Below are positions 1 through 4,400 of a stretch of 8,853 nucleotides of DNA, in pieces; the first letter of the stretch is position 1; every line of letters starts with the position of its first letter. The position numbers were made by a program, and so were the translations under genes. The notes beneath the pieces were generated by a model. That model saw only the letters and a list, made by a program, of their open reading frames with translations. It had not been told where the DNA came from and made no database searches. The DNA comes from an uncultured Polyangiaceae bacterium (GTDB lineage Bacteria > Myxococcota_A > Polyangia > Polyangiales > Polyangiaceae): the NCBI GenBank assembly GCA_964610275.1, contig CAZSVU010000190.1, positions 1 through 8,853 of the forward strand. The letters run 5' to 3'.

Positions 1-420
1 AGCGATGTCCCTGCGAAAGATGTCGTAGCTGGCAGTGTCGACATCCGCGGCGAATGTCGACAGCGGGTCGAAGGACGTCAGCGTGAACGGGTTGGTGCCC
101 ACCGGAATGTAGGTGTCGCCAGCGCTAGCACCGGCACTACCGGACTCGACGCGGAGCTCCGCCTCTTCCATCCCATCTGCACCGCTGAGGTACGCCGCGG
201 AGGCGCCTCCCGTCCCGGTCGAGTAGTTGCTGGTGGGATCGCCCTCAGGGGGCAGGACCGGGAGCCCACCGTCTGCGCTCACGTACGTGTCCCCGTCGTC
301 GTCGTCGCCCCCCGACGACGACGACGACGGCTCCTCACTCTCCGCATCCAGGCTGCAAGCGGCCGCGAGGGACCCGACAGCAGCGGCGAAAGCAATCAGC
401 AAGAACCGATCGGACGGCAT
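1..420 (-). CDS. Partial CDS (N-terminal 140 codons; continues past the window start): predicted lipoprotein with the YfbK-type N-terminal domain that normally precedes a von Willebrand factor A (vWA) domain
   Basis: It is absent from the ORF track because it runs off the window edge. The reverse complement of 1..420 is open for 140 codons from ATG (420..418): MPSDRFLLIAFAAAVGSLAAACSLDAESEEPSSSSSGGDDDDGDTYVS...GTNPFTLTSFDPLSTFAADVDTASYDIFRRDIA. It has a hydrophobic signal sequence ending in a lipobox-like LAAAC (Cys22). A GGGAGG Shine-Dalgarno sits at 434..429, 8 nt before the ATG. The NPF...PLSTF-x-x-DVDTASY block is the recognisable signature of the vWA N-terminal domain of YfbK-like proteins. 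Third codon positions are G/C-rich. Confidence 0.75.
   Translation of the reverse strand, partial: MPSDRFLLIAFAAAVGSLAAACSLDAESEEPSSSSSGGDDDDGDTYVSADGGLPVLPPEGDPTSNYSTGTGGASAAYLSGADGMEEAELRVESGSAGASAGDTYIPVGTNPFTLTSFDPLSTFAADVDTASYDIFRRDIA
294..326. repeat. Perfect 14-bp inverted repeat, (CGT)n / (ACG)n arms with a CCCCC loop, inside the coding sequence
   Basis: cgtcgtcgtcgtcg (294..307), ccccc, cgacgacgacgacg (313..326). On the coding (minus) strand this encodes SSSSS-GG-DDDD. Confidence 0.9.
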
Positions 421-448
421 GGCAAGAACCTCCCGAACGTGCCCGTGG

Positions 449-464
449 TGCAACCCGCGTGCCG
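449..464 (-). promoter_or_regulatory. Sigma-54 (-24/-12) promoter for the vWA-type lipoprotein gene
   Basis: The minus strand reads CGGCACG-CGGG-TTGCA, against the consensus TGGCACG-N4-TTGCW. It matches 15 of 16 positions with correct GG-N10-GC spacing. The predicted +1 is near 438, giving an 18-nt leader that contains the GGGAGG Shine-Dalgarno (434..429) before the ATG at 420. Confidence 0.6.
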
Positions 465-526
465 GGACCACCGCCGCATGGCATTTCGCTGGGTTGCGGC
501 GCCCGCCTGCGCCAGGGACGCGACGC

Positions 527-545
527 GGCACAGCTCGGCTGTGCC
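527..545. promoter_or_regulatory. Perfect inverted repeat GGCACAG-N5-CTGTGCC, a candidate upstream activator (EBP) site about 90-107 bp upstream of the 449..464 promoter start
   Basis: ggcacag ctcgg ctgtgcc has 7-bp perfect arms. No T-tract follows on either strand, so it is not a canonical intrinsic terminator for the gene ending at 570. Its right half lies within a 12-nt string, TCGGCTGTGCCA (535..546), that recurs at 7716..7727. Confidence 0.3.
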
Positions 546-569
546 AGAGTGAGCCACCGCCTGCCGCGC

Positions 570-1307
570 TCAGTCTGGGCTGTGAACCGTGATGGCACGT
601 CGCTCCGGCGGCGTGCCGATCCAAAGGAACACGATCTCCTCGTCGAAGGCAGCGCCAGCCACGACCTCCACCGTCACGCTCAGACTCTCGCCCGGCAGTA
701 CCGTCGCTGGCCAGGTCGCGCCCGTCCCAACCATGAGTGCGCTCGGCTCGAGGCGGGTGGTGGGCGCCGCAACCACCACGTCGGTAGTGCACGAGTTTCG
801 AATCTCGACGACGTCGGGCTGGGTCCCGAGGATGAGCTCGGCGGGCGGATCGATCTCGACGCATCCATCGGCAAGCGACCCACCCGTCCCCGGCGCTCCA
901 TCGACCCCGCCCACAGGAGGCGCCTCGGCATCTGAGGGCTGCGACCGTGCCCCATCGGCGATCACCTGGATGCGGATCTCGTCTCCTGCAGCACCAGGCA
1001 CGACCAGCTCGAAGCTCCCGTCTTCGGCCACGGTGGTTTCCACGTAGCTGTCCGCCGAGTCCAGGTTGTAGGCGCGCACCGTCGCACCCGGCGGAGACGC
1101 CGCTCCAGGACCTCCGCGCACGACCACGCCGTCCCCTCGCGTGGGGACTGCTTCGGAGTCCGTCACACCGACGTCCACCTGGTTCGGGTCCAGGGTGGCG
1201 TCCGGGGGCTCTGGCTTGGGGCTGATCTCGCAACCCACTGCGCACGCGATCAGTGCTGCCAGGACGTGGCACAGCCACTTCTGATTTCGAACCGCAGGCG
1301 CACTCAT
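570..1307 (-). CDS. Predicted lipoprotein of unknown function with two probable beta-sandwich (Ig-like) regions
   Basis: This is track ORF 570..1382, with the start trimmed to the internal ATG at 1307..1305. That start gives MSAPAVRNQKWLCHVLAALIACAVGC..., a classic n-region, h-region and lipobox LIAC. A GAGGA Shine-Dalgarno lies at 1316..1312. Third codon positions are G/C-rich. The segment VRAYNLDSADSYVETTVAEDGSFELVVPGAAGDEIRIQV resembles carboxypeptidase-regulatory-like folds. The C-terminal half (ELILGTQPDVVEIRNSCTTDVVV...LPGESLSVTVEV) resembles PapD/ASH-like beta-sandwich domains. The fold assignments are pattern recognition only. Confidence 0.75.
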   Translation of the reverse strand: MSAPAVRNQKWLCHVLAALIACAVGCEISPKPEPPDATLDPNQVDVGVTDSEAVPTRGDGVVVRGGPGAASPPGATVRAYNLDSADSYVETTVAEDGSFELVVPGAAGDEIRIQVIADGARSQPSDAEAPPVGGVDGAPGTGGSLADGCVEIDPPAELILGTQPDVVEIRNSCTTDVVVAAPTTRLEPSALMVGTGATWPATVLPGESLSVTVEVVAGAAFDEEIVFLWIGTPPERRAITVHSPD

Positions 1308-1321
1308 CTCGTCCTCAGTTT

Positions 1322-1337
1322 TGCAAATCCAATGCCC
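1322..1337 (-). promoter_or_regulatory. Sigma-54-like -24/-12 element upstream of the 570..1307 lipoprotein gene; positionally awkward
   Basis: The minus strand reads GGGCAT-TGGAT-TTGCA, with GGCA and TTGCA intact and correct spacing. The predicted +1 is near 1311, only about 4 nt before the ATG at 1307. That would exclude the GAGGA Shine-Dalgarno from the transcript, so the mRNA would be nearly leaderless or the match is fortuitous. Confidence 0.3.
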
Positions 1338-1479
1338 GTCTGAACAGGATTGGGTGGGCGACCAGCGCGGAGCGAGATCCACCCGTGAATTCGGCCGCCG
1401 TCGCGGGATCCAGGGATGCGCGCCGGCACTGTCACCGCAACCTGTGCAGCTCGGCTAGCGCAGATCATGTTTCATTCTG

Positions 1480-1485
1480 TATCAT
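1480..1485 (+). promoter_or_regulatory. Possible sigma-70-type -10 hexamer (TATCAT) placed so that transcription would start at or next to the ATG, giving a leaderless mRNA
   Basis: TATCAT lies 6 nt upstream of A1492 inside an unusually AT-rich 31-nt island (1461..1491). No Shine-Dalgarno-like purine run precedes the ATG. No good -35 element is seen. Confidence 0.25.
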
Positions 1486-1491
1486 TTTGGC

Positions 1492-4400
1492 ATGCTTCCC
1501 GACTCGGGGAGACAGTCGAACGGGATCACCGCGGGCTCGATCATCCAGCATCGCTACGAGGTGGTGCGCGCGCTCGGCCACGGGGGTCTGGCCACGACCT
1601 TCCTCGTTCGTGACCTGCTGGTGGGCACGAGCGTGGCCCTGAAGCTCCTCGCAGAATCCGCTCCCGAGGCACTGGAGGCTCTGCGATTCGAGTTTGCCGT
1701 GCTGCGCGAGCTCTACCACCCACACCTGTGCCAGGTGCACGACTTCGCCCTGGTGAGACCACGGGCGGGCGACGAGCGTCAGCTCGCGTTCTACACGGCC
1801 GAGTACGTGCCCGGACAAACCCTCGCAGAGCTGGCGCCAGCAGCAACCTGGCCCGGGCTGCGACAGCCGTTGGTCGACGCTCTGAGCGCGCTTCGGCTCT
1901 TGCACCGAGCCGGTCTTCGACACGGCGACTTCAAACCCGCCAACGTTCTGGTGCGAAGCAACGAACGGGGCGTGCTGATCGATCTCAGCTGTGCCCAGCG
2001 GACGGACGCCGCGCCTTCGGGCAGGGTGAGCGGCACGCCCGACTACCTGGCGCCGGAGCTGCTGAAGGCGGGGTCGGCGGACGCGCGAGCGGATCTGTAC
2101 GCGGTAGGACGGACGCTGCTCGAGCTGTCGGAGTCGGTGAAGCGCGGGCTACCGCCTGCGGTGATGAGTCTCGCACAGCGCTTGCTGCGAGACGACGTGG
2201 AGGCTCGCCCCGCAGACGTGGACGAAGTGCTCGAAGCCCTGGGGATCTCGCCGACCGAGCACGTGGCGGTACCGGTGGGTATCGGGCGTCTGGTGGGTCG
2301 CGACGAACAGCTCCAAACGGCACGCGGTGCCTTGGGCGCGCTCGCGGAAGGTACTGCTGGTCCGCGCTGCCTGTACGTGTGCGGGACAGAAGGCGTGGGG
2401 AAAAGCCGAGTCCTGCGGGAAATCAAGTGGACAGCCCAGCAGCAGTTCCGCGTCGTGGAGGCGAACTCCGCCAACCCCGGCGCCATCGACGCCCTGCTGC
2501 AGCACGCTCTGGGCGACGGGCGGTCGCACGGCTGGGCGGCCGTCGGAGCGCTGCGCCGGGCTCTGGCGGCCTCAACGTGGACATCCTGCGTTCTGTTCAT
2601 CGACGACGTCCACCTGCTCCGCGTTCGCCAGCGTCAGCTGCTCCTGGCAGTGGTGCGGTCCCTGGAGCCCACTGACGCGCTGTTGCTGGTCATCACGGGG
2701 CCCGCAGACCACGATCCGGGCGGGCCTGCCACGTGCCGCCTGGACCTTCGTCCACTGACCCCGGAGCAGATGGACGATTGGCTCGGCTCCACGTTGCCCG
2801 AGTCCGTTCGCACGGCGCTGCGCAAGCACAGTGGTGGGTTTCCCGGTGCCCTGCGCTCGCTGATCACGCAGCTCGCCACCGGCGCGATCTCGGAAGTCGA
2901 CATCAAGCGCGGTCAGCGCGGAATCGCTCTCTCCGGTCACCAGCGCGCCAGGGTGCGGGGACTGGACCCCGAGGCCCAGCGCGCGCTCGGTGCACTGGCA
3001 GTGGTGGGGCGCGCCTCCGGCGCTGCTGCTCTGGCACAACTGGGTGTCGACGAGGCTGCCCTGACCCAGCTGGCGAGCTCGGCCATCGTGGAACAAAACG
3101 AGCGGGGCTTCCGACTCTGGCGATGGGGCGAGAGCGAAGACGTGCTGGCAGCGTTGGATCCGGCGTTGGTGGCTGACCTTCATCGCCGCATGGCCGCGTG
3201 GCTCGCGACTCGGCCGCCCGAAGTCGCGCCGCTCAGCGACTCGGAGCAACTGGCCCGGCGGGTGCTGCACCTCGCTCTGGGCCGGGGTGAACAGGAGGCG
3301 CGGCAGCTACTGCTGGATTCGAACGCGCTTTGGGAGGATGTGCCCGGAGCTTGGGCCGAAGCGGCTCGGGCGGTCAGCTCGGTCAGCGCCGATCTCGAGG
3401 TCGGAATCGCTGCAGCCGCGCTGGAGCGTGAGGCAGGCGGCGCGCGGGCGGCCCGGGACCGACTGGTGGCAACCCAGGGACGCGCCATTCCAATTGCGCT
3501 ACGAGCTGCGTTCCACTTGGAGCTGGGGCTCTGTCACCTCAGGCTCGGCGACGCGAGCGCCGGCGAATCCGAGCTCAGCCGGGCGGCAGACGTCGCGCAG
3601 ACTCCAGAGCTGGCCGCTCGGGCGCAGGCCGCGCTGGCCGGATCGCTCAACAAGCGCGGGCGGTACCGCGAAGCCCTGGAGCTCGTGGACCGGGCGCTGG
3701 CGGCCGAGCTTCCTCCAGTGCTCCGCGCCGCGCTGCAGCAGGCCGGTGCGGTGGCGGACTGCTTCCTGGGCAACCTCGACCTCGCCCTAGGGAGAGTCCA
3801 GGAAGCGGCGCGTCTGCTGGGCTCGGTGACGCACCCACGACGGCTCGTGCGGGCCCTGGGAACACAGGCGCTGGTCGAGCAGCAGATGGGCAACTTGCAG
3901 GCGGCCACCACGCACTACGGCGCGGCTCTCGACCTGGCAGAGCAGCACGGCCTCTCCGACCAGATCGCCACGGCGGCGCTCAACCTGGGGACCGCGTTGC
4001 ACCAACAGGGCGACTGGAGCGAAGCACTCGTCGCCTACGAGCGCGGCTTGCTCACTGCGGCGGCCGTGGGTCAAGCCACTACGGAATCGTTGCTACGGTT
4101 CAACCTCTCGAAGCTGTACGCCGACTTGGGACAATTCGATCGTGCCGAGCTGGCCGCGGATCGCTGCCAAGCGCTGGCGCGACAGGGCGACCTCAACCTG
4201 GTCGCTGCGGAGGCCGAGGCCGTGCGTGGCGAGGTCCAAATGTTGCGCGGAGATCTGCGCGGGGCCCGTCGGTGCTTCGAGCATGCGCTGCTTCAATTCG
4301 ATCAGCACGAGAGTCGGCGGGAGCGCACCGAAGTCGCCCTGCAGCTCAGCGAAGTTCTGCTCGCGTGCCAAGAAGTCGACGCAGCCGAACGGCTGCTGGC

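Noticed and set aside
539-552. TGGCAC on the minus strand (the complement of gtgcca at 541..546), considered as another -24 box. Also TGGCAT on the plus strand at 1487..1492, which overlaps the ATG.
   Set aside because: No TTGC-type -12 element lies at the required spacing. At 541 the GC is one nt too close. At 1487 there is no GC at the -12 position and the motif overlaps the start codon.
78-955. ORFs 78..269 -, 227..592 +, 335..598 -, 459..935 +, 589..1047 +, 680..955 -, and also 947..1225 + and 1253..1642 +.
   Set aside because: They overlap the better-supported minus-strand lipoprotein genes (1..420 and 570..1307) or the intergenic promoter regions. Their composition is that of high-GC shadow ORFs.
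1308-1382. The N-terminal extension of the 570..1382 ORF (start at the first Met, MDLAPRWSPTQSCSDGHWICKTEDE...).
   Set aside because: The extension precedes a textbook signal peptide and lipobox that begin at the internal Met (1307). That Met has its own GAGGA Shine-Dalgarno, and the extension would also bury the -24/-12-like element in coding sequence.
1423-1438. A sigma-54-like CGGCAC-TGTCA-CCGCA on the plus strand upstream of the regulator gene, which could indicate autoregulation.
   Set aside because: The GG-N10-GC spacing is right, but the -12 box is CCGCA, lacking the conserved TT, and the first T is also missing. Matches of this quality are common by chance in GC-rich DNA. I keep it only as a low-probability possibility.
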